Of a stretch of DNA of 64,000 nt, positions 52,413 to 64,000 are shown piece after piece; within the stretch, counting starts at the first letter, position 1; every line of letters starts with the position of its first letter. Source of the stretch: Octopus vulgaris (Eukaryota); contig OX597824.1 in the NCBI GenBank assembly GCA_951406725.2, positions 8,804,001 through 8,868,000 of the forward strand. The letters run 5' to 3'. A program made the translations under genes and the position numbers. Under the pieces are notes generated by a model. That model had not been told where the DNA came from, did no database searches, and saw nothing but the letters and a program-made list of their open reading frames with translations.

Positions 52413-52978
52413 CATACAAACACACCGTTTCACATGTGCTGAATAAAACCGCTTCAAAGCAGTGCGCCACAATGGCAGCAATCTAATGTCTGAAACAGAT
52501 TACGAAAAAATCAGATAAAACAGCTCTCTCTGCATTCACGTATTGAGTACCTCATCAAGTATTAAGCACATGACCGAGAAACGCGTTCGCAGTAGAATTA
52601 GCGACGGGCTTCAGAAATTGGTTAGCGGAATGATTACAGCAGGTATTTTATGTTTGTAATTAACGCACAAGAAACTCCTCATAAATTTGGTTATCTTCCG
52701 TGAAGTTTCTGTTTCATTTCTTTTGCCTTTTATCTTTTCTTAGCTGCCTGTCTATCAAGCCGCCTGTTCGTCTGTCTGTGCATCTGTCTGACTGACTGCC
52801 TGCCTGCCTGTCTGTCTGTTTGTCTGTTATCTGTCTATTTGTCCAAATGTATTTTGCTTTATTTAGAACGGGAACTTATCGGCTTGTCCTCTTTTATTTC
52901 TTCAATTATTGAACTTAATGGCTATTGACTTCAAGGAGAACTAGCATAGCAAATCTAGAAGAAAATATATTATGAAGC

Positions 52979-53037
<59 letters not shown>

Positions 53038-54278
53038 CACACACTTCACACACACACGAGCACATACACAAATGCACACAAGCACATACACACATACACA
53101 CACATGAGAATTTGTTTATTTCACTCAAGCTTTTTGTACTTGTTTAGTTTTTTTCTCTTTTTACATTCATGTGTGTGTGTGTTTTTTTTTTTATATCCTG
53201 CGCTTTATTTTTTTGCCCCTCCTCCTCCTCCCACCTCCTCCTTCTCCTTCTCGCCGAATTGATTTAGCGAAGAACGTCCATATTGTAATTACATTTTTGT
53301 AGTGTTGACGCATCTGAGCAGTCGTGTATTTATTACCATTACATTATTTGACTTGAAAGACACATAAATATTTTAAAAGGAAAACAGCCGAGGCAAAATA
53401 AAAATAATAAAATCAAATAAAATATAAAAATAGACAAACAAACAAGAAAACCGAATGCGCAACTAAAAAATCTGGAAGTACCATCCATCAATGTCATCTA
53501 ACAAAGCTTGTATTGTTGGTTAGCGGGTTGGCTGGTCGTTTAGTCGGTTGGTGGATTGGTTAGTTTAACAGGATAAGATTTATAAATGAATCTAAACGGC
53601 CGATAGCTTATCGCGTTCTCTCATTAATATTTCTTCTTCCATTGATGTTATTTTTGGTGTCGTTTAACCCAAGGACAGTTCGAAGTGAGTTGATTTATGA
53701 TCAAAGGCCATCCGTCTTTTAAACATAGTAGGATTCGATTTGGCTGTTGCTTCTAGTGGGTCGAGATCCCATGTTTACGGGCTGGAGCTGTCATTTTAAG
53801 TGCAGAAGTACCCATGTGTGTACGGAGTGAAAAATGGAATATTTAAGTTAGAAATTCATAAATTTAAGCTCATATGCGTCCCAGAATTATGACAATCCAC
53901 TATTTTTTTAAAGACGATAGTATCCGATATCCTGGGAATTTGGTTGCTGTATTTAACAGGTGTTGTTCCCGCATTCACGGATAATATACTCAAGTGCATA
54001 AGTACCGTCACGGGTACATCTGCACTAAATCAAAAATTGAATTTTTCACGCGACAAATCCATAGATATATTAAGTAATGTGAAATTACGGTTTTTAGTCT
54101 TAAGGCGTTTTTATGCTTTTATTTATTTTATATCACGAAATGTGAAAAAGAAAAGAAAATAGTCTCATTTACTACGTTTCCAATGAAACGATCACTGGAT
54201 TACCATTCTTTAAATTTCGGTTTTCTTGAAGTCGTTTATAATTTTACCTTAGAATATATATATATATATATATACTAA

Positions 54279-54509
54279 GGCGGCGAGCTGGCAGAAACGT
54301 TAGCACGCCGGGCGAACTGCTTAGCAGTATTTCGTCTGCCGTTACGTTCTGAGTTCAAATTCCGCCGAGATCGACTTTGCCTTTCATCCTTTCGGGGTCG
54401 ATAAATAAAGTACCAGTTTCGCACTGGGATCGATGTAATCGACTTAATCCCTTTGTCTGTCCTTGTTTGTCCCCTCTATGTTTAGCCCTTTGTGGGTAGT
54501 AAAGAAATA
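54279..54509 (+). mobile_element. SINE family A, tail A1, full-length reference copy with flanking direct repeat
   Basis: GGCGGCGAGCTGGCAGAAACG...GTGGGTAGTAAAGAAATA. TATAATTTTACCTTAG at 54237-54252 and 54510-54525 (left copy separated by a TA expansion). Confidence 0.93.
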
Positions 54510-57026
54510 TATAATTTTACCTTAGTATATATTTGAGAAAGAAGAATACACACACGAGCACAGAAACACATATACTAATCTATCTGCCTATTTACACACA
54601 CACACACACATGCACACACACACTCACGCACACATTAATACATACGTATATAAATATGTTGGCTGCAACCAGATTTCGAGCAACGTCATCGCTTGAGTTA
54701 CCTGTTAAACAAGAACAGTACACCTGTGACTTTCCACGCTTCTTATAATCATACACTCTTTTGTACAGATGTGGAAACCACTGATGCCTTTTGCAGCTGG
54801 TTTTCAGAGAGCTTACCATCCATGCTGACTCTTGCCTTCATCCCATCATGGAATTTTTCATTTTTTTTTCGCTGAAAAACAGCTATAGTTCGCAACACAT
54901 AATATGGATGTTGGCAGAGATATTAAATATCAAGTGATGCCCGAAGCATTTTAAAGTGAAAAAAGGTTTTCCACAGGGCCTTGCACAGGACCTTGCACAG
55001 AGCTCTGCACAGGGTCTTACACAGGGCCAATATAACCCTCTCAACTACGTTTGCATTTTCACAAAATGAACTAATTTTCAGGTGTTGCATCAGACGGTTC
55101 ATTCAATTGGTGAGATGTTTAGGCAAAGACTAGGGGTTCTCTCTCTCCCAACCGTTGGATGGCTCTTGATTCTCATCCGCGTTTTGACAGGTCTTAATTT
55201 TGGTTCCAAGATGTCCCATGAATACCACCCTCCTCACCAAAACAAGCTTTATAGGGTTTCTGATTTAACCGCCGACATCTCGAACATGTGACAGATTGTA
55301 CAGGGTTACATATTCCAGTAGTAATAAGACTGCCCTTACATAATACATACATAAATGTGTACATAGATGTAATGGGTTCTCGTAAGTCCCTGTTTGCTAA
55401 GGTTCACTGGCAGGGTTAATACGAAAGATTAGAAGACACTCAGCCAAAGTTTCACACTGTGCGATCGAACCCAGAACTAAGTGATTACAAAATGAATTCT
55501 TTAACTTTGTAGTCATTTTCACATCCTTTGTTTTTCATATAAGCTTTTAGAACTTCCATTTGTCGGAGATTTAAAATCTGGATGCGGGTGAAGAATTCAG
55601 TGTTCTTGCTGTGCAACGTTCCTCGTTTACGAACAAGATGAGGTGCCGTACATGGAATTCATTGAAACGAGGGTTGGATGGGGAGAATCTTTTAAATGTC
55701 GAAAATGTAATTATTAATGAGCTACGGTTATCGCTGTGACCCATTCCAGCCATGAACCACTACAACTGGAGAATGTCAATATGGCTCAGGTGTAATCAAT
55801 ACTGTTTCTGCAAACCAAATCTATCGAGACAAAATGTTATCTGCACAATCTTTGTGTAATAAACAAGAGAAGCAGCCATAGGCTGAGCTCCGTTGTTTTG
55901 CCGTTTCAACTAACAAACAGAACAAAGCACTTGTTTGATATAAATGTATTGGTTATATATCGATTACGTGAGAACAAGGAATAACCACGTTCAAAAGATA
56001 TTAATTGAAAAGAGTTAATATGTTGTGGAGTCTCGTCATTGGCTATTGACCTTTAAATATCGGAATTTTCGAGTGAATTTCTCTGCCGAGAACTCTTCTT
56101 GGAACATTCTACGTCTTTTGTATTTTCTAACATACATTGCGATGCTTTACAGTAAATGATGCAAATATTGTTATTTAAGATCACAAAGAAATCGTTATAT
56201 GTGGGAATAAGAAGAAGAAATAAGTACAAAATGAAATAAGCAAACTGATATAAGCAAACACTGTTTCGTATTTTATAAAAGTTCGTATTTTATTATAGGA
56301 CATAGTTTCAAGAAATGATAAAACGTACTCCGGAGACAGATAAATAAATATTTGAAATGACAACAAATGGTTTTGGGCAAAATATTTCCGAAGACCGACG
56401 CAGAATTTCCAATTTCAATCAAATGTTGACCGAAGGCAATAAATTGGCAGAGTCATAAAAACATCGGATAAAATGTTTGCCGTATTCTAACTCTCTCTCT
56501 CTCAGCCCTGGCATCAAATTCCACCGAGACCAACTTTGTTTCTCGTCATCTCCAACGTCAATAACAAAGTACAAATACTGGTGTGTCGGAAGTGTAAGAC
56601 TGTCGGCCCAGACGGGTTACAGTGTTTGCTGCAGCTGTCTACGTTCAGAGTCAAATGCCGCCTAGAACCCTGGAGAGGGACTCTCCCCATGCCGTAGACA
56701 TGGTATGCTGAATAAGACAAAAACCAGCACCAAATAGATGCTACTGGACAGCTCATTGGGCAGAGAGATAGACTGAGAGCCTGATTATTTGGCAGAGATA
56801 CGGATTATTCAGGCCGGAGAAGCATTCGTAGGAATTGGTGTATATCTTAAACCCCAGCAACACATAATAATGCGTTTGCAACACATATTATGGATGTTGA
56901 CAGAGATATTAAATACCAAGTGATGCTTGAAGCTTTTTAAAGTTAAAAAAGGTTTTGCACAGAACTCGGATTTCAGACCTTTATTCTTTAACAATTTTTC
57001 GCTTTAAACAGAACCCATTATCAGAA

Positions 57027-57236
57027 GTTCTTTTCTACTCTAGGCACAAGGCCAGAAACTTTTGGCCAATCGATTAGATCGACTTCAGTACACAACTAGT
57101 ACATAATTTATCGACCCCGACAGGATGACTTGCAAAGTCGACCTCGACAGAATTTGAACTCGGAACGTAAAGACAGACGAAATACAGCTAAGAATTTCGC
57201 CCGACGTCTTAACGTTACTGCCAGCTCACCGATTTG
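57027..57236 (-). mobile_element. SINE family A, tail A2, with 10-bp flanking direct repeat
   Basis: ATTATCAGAA at 57017-57026 and 57241-57250. Confidence 0.85.
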
Positions 57237-57749
57237 ACTTATTATCAGAAATTAACAAGCAAATAAATTGTTGAAATGCTCTTCACGAGTAAATGCGGAT
57301 TAAGCCAGGTAATAAGCCAATTTGTAAATCATTAATATGTCGCCGATTCCCACTTGTTTCGGACCTGCTGCACCAATAACTCCTTTTGTCATGCATTATC
57401 CGATTAACCTATGTGAAGTAGACATTTTCTGTCGAAGTAAACTGCACACATACACATGCCGCCCTCCTCCAACACATAACGGACACCGCAGCTGGACAAT
57501 TTTAATCCACAACTGATCTATTTCTTTGGTTTTAACTCTTTATATCTGTAAGAGATGCGTTCTCGAGACGACGTTTTCAGGTTTTGCCTGTATATTTACG
57601 TGTCAGATGTAGATTGCTATTTTGAAAGTACTTCTCTCGCAAATAGCGTACACACGCACGTACGCACACACACTTACACTCACACACCCACAAATACACA
57701 CACTCACACAAACATATATGCATATACGCACACATACACATACACTCAG

Positions 57750-57794
<45 letters not shown>

Positions 57795-57889
57795 GGAGTG
57801 ACTAAGTAAACAAAAGACGTCATCTCAAGTAAGTAATATGGAGGAGCTGAGAGAGGCTGTTCTTTGACTGTTCTTAAGCATACATAAAA

Positions 57890-57934
57890 ACATATATATA
57901 AATATATACATAAACATATATACATATATACACA

Positions 57935-57992
<58 letters not shown>

Positions 57993-58250
57993 TATGCATA
58001 TATACATATACATATATATGTTTATGATATTTATACATATATATGTGTATGTGTATATCTATATATATATATATATATCTATATATATATATGAAATATA
58101 TGAAATATATATATTATGTATATGTAGAAAAATATATATGCATATTTTATTTATACATATATATATGTATATGTATATATATGTGTGTGTGTATATATAT
58201 ATAAATATATATGTATATGTTATTCATCTATATATATATATATATATGAG

Positions 58251-58288
<38 letters not shown>

Positions 58289-58300
58289 AATATCTGTGTG
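57890..58300. repeat. degenerate (TA)n tract
   Basis: Direct reading. Confidence 0.9.
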
Positions 58301-59614
58301 TGTCTGTCTGTCATTTACTGCATAAACGCCTGACACACATTCATTGCACACAAAGAGACCAATGTCTTTAATCGAGGGTTCAATACGGAATTTTTTTTGA
58401 AATATCAATATATTATCAGACAAGAAAAAAGATTGTATATATTCTTTTCTTCGAAGGCAAGCAAACTTATTAACAGACCAGTGTTATCCCATCATCTGGG
58501 CCTTATTCTTTTGTCTAGTTTTACAAACTATAAAACTCAAGATATTTTTCATACTTAGCACAATGTTACAATTTCTTTTGAATTTCCAAATAATAATCAA
58601 TCTTCCTAAGAATCTTGCTTTTATTTTAGAAATTTGTGCCGAAAAAAATAAAGTAAAACGAAACGATATTTTTTATTACATATTTATATTATTTTTACGT
58701 AAAGAAATATCTTTTGTGTTCATACGATAATTTTTTTACGAAAATAATAAAAAAATGCCAGATGAAACTGAAGAAGCTACAGTAAAGCTTAGTATATGAT
58801 ATTACTTTAGTTCTCATTTTTGCTTATTACTTGGAGGCTTGTCTTTGGAAATCGTTATTTTGCTCCGGTGATATATCGTTGCAGCCGGGGAAAAAATAGA
58901 AAGCGAAAGAGAATGGTAGAGAGATAGTAAAACAGAAAGATTGAATCGAAAATATATTATGAATAAAAATAAAAAAACTCCTAATATAAAGAAAGTCTTT
59001 CAGACTATATACTGAGCTTGAAAATGAAGAGACTAATAGAAAGAAATCACGATGGAAAAATAGAGAAAAAAACAGCCCTGCACTCTTTCCAGAATCATTA
59101 TCGAGTCCATCTAACAGCGGCCATGTTGGACAAGATGTCGACACAGCGTAACCTAAAATAAATATATATTTACACCATACATAATTAGCACTTCTTCTGA
59201 AATAGGCAGTTTGGTTAGAATCAAGCTTGATAAGATGCAGAAGAGTTTGTTGTTATATCATCAGGATATTTATAGCTATTTCTTCTGATATAATATGTCC
59301 ATGGATTACGTTCTCGTTAGAGTTGATTAAGGATTCCAAAATCTTCAAAGACAATCTAGTTGAGAAGCCATATTATAGATGATAGGCAGTGGATTGCCAG
59401 AATCATTAAGGGTAGTATTTAGTTACTGCTCTTTAATCCCATCAAGGTTAACGCTGCCTTTTATCCTTCCGGGAGTCGATAAAATATGATACTAATCAAG
59501 AACTGAAGATGAATTCAATTGCCAAATCTTTTCCTCTAAATTTGTGGTCATATGTCTACGTTTGAAATCAATATTACAGATAACAGTGCAGTGGATAGGA
59601 AAAAAGAACAGTAT

Positions 59615-59829
59615 ATCGAGAAAGGGTGGTCGATAGCAAAAGGTGGGTGGGGGAATAGACGGTGGATTGGAAAAGGGCGGTGGATCTGGAAGGGAAGATG
59701 AATCGAGAAAGAATCGCGGATCCCTCAAAAGACCGTGGGCCAAGAAGGGATGAGAGTTAGGGGGAAGAAGGGTGGATCGGAAAAGAACGGCGGATAAGGA
59801 GAGAACTGTGGATTGAAGAAGGATGGTGA
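59615..59829. repeat. degenerate purine-rich minisatellite, about 17-18 bp unit
   Basis: Units such as GAATAGACGGTGGATTG, GAAAAGGGCGGTGGATCT, GAAAAGAACGGCGGATAA, GAGAGAACTGTGGATTG. Confidence 0.65.
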
Positions 59830-60344
59830 TTTAGATCGACCCCAGTACGCAACTGGTACTTAATTTATCGACACCGAAAGAATGAAAGGCAAAGTCGACC
59901 TCGGCAGAATTTGAACTCAGACTATAAAGACAGACAAAATACCTATTTCTTTACTATCCACAAGGGACTACACACAGAGAGGACAAACGGATTAAGTCGA
60001 TTATATCGACTCCAGTGCGTAACTGGTAGTTATTTAGTCGACCCCGAATGGATGAAAGGCAAAGTCAACCTCGGCGGAATTTGAACTCAGAACGTAGCGG
60101 CAGACGAAATACCTACTTTTTACTATCCACAAGGGGCTAAACAGAGAGAGGACAAACAAGGACAGACAAACGGATTAAGTCGATTATATCGATCCCAGTG
60201 CGTAACTGGTACTTATTTAATCTACCCCGAAAGGATGAAAGACAAAGTCGACCTCGGCGGAATTTGAACTCAGAACGTAAAGACAGACAAAATACCGCTA
60301 TGCATTTCGGCCTGCATGCTAACGTTTCTGCCAACTCGCAGCCT
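59830..60344 (-). mobile_element. SINE A trimer
   Basis: Junctions at 59943/59944 and 60113/60114, same internal re-entry point. Confidence 0.9.
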
Positions 60345-60929
60345 TTAAATAAGGAATTATTATGTAAGTTCAGTAGTTTGGCAGAATCTTTATAACATCG
60401 GAAGAAATTCTTTGCAGTATTTCCGATGGTCCTTTATAGTATGAGATCAAATCCTGGCACGGTCATCATTGAATTTCATCCATTCGAGGTCGATCTTAAA
60501 GTTCGAGTCAAGTATTAAAATTAGTTTAATCGATTACACTCTGAAGATGTGGTCTTGTGCCAATGTTACAAGAATCCTATCATGATCAATGCTAGCAACC
60601 TGAATATGCTTAGTTATCTATAGCTGGTGGTATTTATTCCGGCGCTTTACGTTCTGAGTTCAAGTCCCGCCGAAGTCGACTTAAAATTTTATCTCTTCAG
60701 AATCGTTAAAATACGACGCAAATTCAATTCCTTCGGTTCATACAATCGCCTAATTTCTCTGCCCTCAAACTCTTTGATCACGTGTTTAAATTAAAAATAG
60801 TCTCGCATTATTAAAAAGTCACTTGAAGATCTTCACTAAAAAAGATTGTCAAAATTAAGTTCCGTGCTTTGATATCCATCAAGTAAGTGGTGTTGACTGT
60901 GCTTCAATATGTCCACGATTCCACGAATT

Positions 60930-61283
<354 letters not shown>

Positions 61284-61614
61284 CTCTCTGGTCAATCTCT
61301 CATCAACTTCTTCAAGTACCACTTGAAAAGGAAAGTGAGAGTAGAGAGGCAAGTTTTGTCTAGCGAATGTTTTAAAAAAAGATGGGTGAATGTAGCAAGG
61401 ATGGCACGTATGAATGACGAAGCCACCTTGAGCATAATCCTATGAACCCAGAAATTGAAAACAGAGGGTTACCCACTTGCAAACAAATGTGCTAACATAT
61501 AACAATATTGACCAAGGTTACCGTGGTCTTTTTCGTAGGCTTTTCTTCCCACGGATAAACCTTACTTGCTTTCCCCTTTACACCATATATCATAACACTG
61601 TGATACACGATTCC

Positions 61615-61927
61615 TATTGATCGTTCTTTTTTTCCTCTTCCCCTTTTTTCCCCCTTTTTTCTTCTTTTTTCATTTCTCTTTTCTCTTGTTCCTTTTCCTT
61701 TTCTTTATTTTTTTATTTTTTTTCTTTTTTTTTCTTTATTCTTTTTATTTTATTTATTTATTAATTTTTTTTGTTCTTTTCTTCCCTTTTACGATCCCTC
61801 TTGATCGAAAACCTACGCCACACCCTTTTCTTTTCTTTTTTTTTTGTTTTCTTCATCCCCCAAAAGAAAAGCTCTACCTTGTAACTTGTCCCATCTGTGT
61901 GCAGCCCTGTGTGGCTAATAAAGAAAC

Positions 61928-61997
<70 letters not shown>

Positions 61998-62200
61998 CCC
62001 TTTTTTTCCTTACATCCCCTTTCCCCGCCTCTTTAAAAATTTTATTTCATCCCCCCCTTTTTCATTTCATTTTTTTTCTTTCTTTCTATTTACGATCCCT
62101 TTTGATCGAAAACCAAACCCCCTTATTTCCCCCCCAAAAAAGCTCTACCTTGTAATTTTGTCCTGTCTGTGTGCAGCCCTGTGTGGCTAATAAAGAAACA

Positions 62201-62258
<58 letters not shown>

Positions 62259-62282
62259 CCTATCTATCTATCTATCTATCTA
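61615..62282 (+). mobile_element. two diverged head-to-tail family E 3' UTRs (probable non-LTR retrotransposon), each followed by (TCTA)n
   Basis: Both have a pyrimidine-rich leader, TTTACGATCCCT(C/T)TTGATCGAAAACC, AAAAGCTCTACCTTGTAA and GTGCAGCCCTGTGTGGCTAATAAAGAAAC, then (TCTA)n. Confidence 0.7.
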
Positions 62283-62361
62283 TATGTCAGTCAGCCTCTC
62301 TCCATCATTACCTCTCTCTCTCCCCTATCTCCATTGCTCTATCTGCCTCTGTGTCTGTCCG

Positions 62362-62402
<41 letters not shown>

Positions 62403-62782
62403 TTCTGTATATGTATGTATTTGAGTCCGATAAATTTTCACTTCAAGTTGTTCATAAAAAGGATGAACCCTGCTTCCACAGAGATGTATATTATTTCCTA
62501 CATAAAAGGATGAAACCTTATAAATCAATCCCTGTCATGACCTTGTTACTTTGCCAACGGAGATTGATTAGAACAAACCACTTTTGCTAGATGTGTGTGC
62601 ATCTATCACACAAACACAAAACCTTCGTTTTATATGTGTCAGAGAAGGCCTTTTTAAACCACTTTTAATAACACAAAAATTCTGCTTCCTAAGCTGGAAA
62701 GATCTTTAGATTACTTGCAAAAGATTTCCTAACATTCTCAGGAGCTTTGTGAAGTATTTGAAGAAAATGGCACGAAATTCTT

Positions 62783-62912
62783 ATAGGCGCTGGCAGAGTT
62801 GTGTAATGAAGAACTTTGATTTCACCCATGTAGCTTCGGGGTCAGTCCCAGCGCTCTACACCTGTGGCTAAAATATTCTACTATTGCTCCGAATCTTGCG
62901 AGTGGATTTGCT
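62783..62912 (+). mobile_element. diverged SINE B 5' part
   Basis: ATAGGCGCTGGCAGAGTTGTGTAATG...GGGTCAGTCCCAGC...TTCTACTATTGC...TTGCGAGTGGATTTG. Confidence 0.6.
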
Positions 62913-62920
62913 ACATATAT

Positions 62921-62980
<60 letters not shown>

Positions 62981-63176
62981 AACAGGAAATATATATTAAA
63001 ATATATATTGAAGATATATATTAAAAGAAAATATATACCAAACCACGGCTTTACTTTTAAATTACCAATTACTGTATACTTTTTAGCTAGGACTGTACAT
63101 AGTGAAGTAATACACTAGTAGTACCTACGGATACATTTATCCCTTAGATGGTTGCATAGCCTCTAACTCATAATTT

Positions 63177-63289
<113 letters not shown>

Positions 63290-63443
63290 ATTTTTTCATA
63301 CTAAGTTCTATATGTATGAATTTTATCAGTTCACGGTTTGCAGCCTTGTACTCAACATTCACGAATTGAACACCTATTTTGAATATTTTAAACTACCTGT
63401 GAAGAAATTCCACTTCCAAATAATTTTTAATTTAATCAATTAA

Positions 63444-63481
63444 TTTTCTGAAGGTCTGGAGAATTGAAACAGCTGTAAAAG
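63444..63481 (+). ncRNA. degenerate Penelope-type hammerhead motif in a TA-flanked island
   Basis: TTTT-CTGAAGG-TCTGGAGAATT-GAAA-CAGCTG-TA-AAAG: perfect palindromic helix III ACAGCTGT, GUA site and helix I TTTT/AAAG. CUGANGA core and helix II are damaged. Confidence 0.5.
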
Positions 63482-63723
63482 ATGTTTGTAAATTTTTTAA
63501 TTAATATATAATAATTTATTAATTACCTCTCTATTCTCGCATCTTATTTTTATATACACATATCTCGTTTACATATATGTATATATTTATGTGTGTATAT
63601 ATATATGCATATATATATATGTATATATACACACAAATATCTTTATATATATATACATACTCACACACACACACATATATATATATATATCAAACATGAA
63701 TTAGAAACAAAACACAAAGGATA

Positions 63724-63824
63724 TCGCGGTACACGTGTTTCAAGCTTTATAAACAATCTGTTATTACATCAGCATAAGTATATTATTGATAGAATAGAGA
63801 ATTTAAAGCTCTCTTCAGCCGCAA
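63724..63824 (-). ncRNA. type I hammerhead ribozyme with intact core
   Basis: Minus strand TTGCGG-CTGAAGA-GAGCTTTA-(54 nt loop)-TAAAGCTT-GAAA-CACGTG-TA|CCGCGA: 6-bp helix I, 8-bp helix II, palindromic helix III ACACGTGT, GUA site between 63730 and 63729. Confidence 0.85.
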
Positions 63825-63879
63825 AGATTGTTAGTCCAATATATATATCATAGTAACCAACAGGATATCAAGTAGAGAT

Positions 63880-64000
63880 GCAGTACGACCGTTTCAAACG
63901 ATTCCGGTTGATCCGAATCAACGGAATAGCCTGCTCGTGAAATTAACGTGTAAGTAGCTGAGCACTCCACAGACACGTGCACCCTTAACGTAGTTCTCGG
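63880..64000 (-). mobile_element. SINE family C tail type 2, running off the window end
   Basis: TTCCGGTTGATCCGAATCAACGGAATAGCCTGCTCGTGAAATTAACG matches 35241-35340. Confidence 0.9.

Noticed and set aside
55570-56100. Complex-looking unique stretch, possible exon or transposase relic
   Set aside because: All frames close quickly and no motif could be recognised by eye; it needs a frameshift-aware protein search.

Overview
AT-rich, microsatellite-saturated animal non-coding DNA. The tRNA-derived SINE families and the TA/TATG/TCTA/TAA/CA tracts look like an octopus (coleoid cephalopod) genome; this is an inference from repeat content, not a database result. No intact host gene is supported, and almost the whole ORF track is translated microsatellite or SINE. 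The window contains three SINE families (A, B, C; about 40 copies or fragments), two hAT-type MITEs, four long fold-back palindromes, a decayed Tigger/pogo transposase (36.8-38.4 kb, minus), a tandemly duplicated R4/Dong endonuclease fragment in (TAA)n (41-42.3 kb, minus), RTE-type relics, LINE 3' ends in (TCTA)n, and three microhomology-bounded tandem duplications. The most interesting signal is a set of short elements abutting (TA)n that carry minimal type I hammerhead ribozyme motifs of the Penelope-like/retrozyme kind. One is essentially canonical (63724-63824, minus). Three lie head-to-tail with predicted cleavage sites 230 and 234 nt apart (25.5-26.2 kb), and several more are mutated or fossil. 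SINE A also forms multimers with the same nucleotide-precise junction at five separate loci. All coordinates were read by eye and may be off by a few bases.
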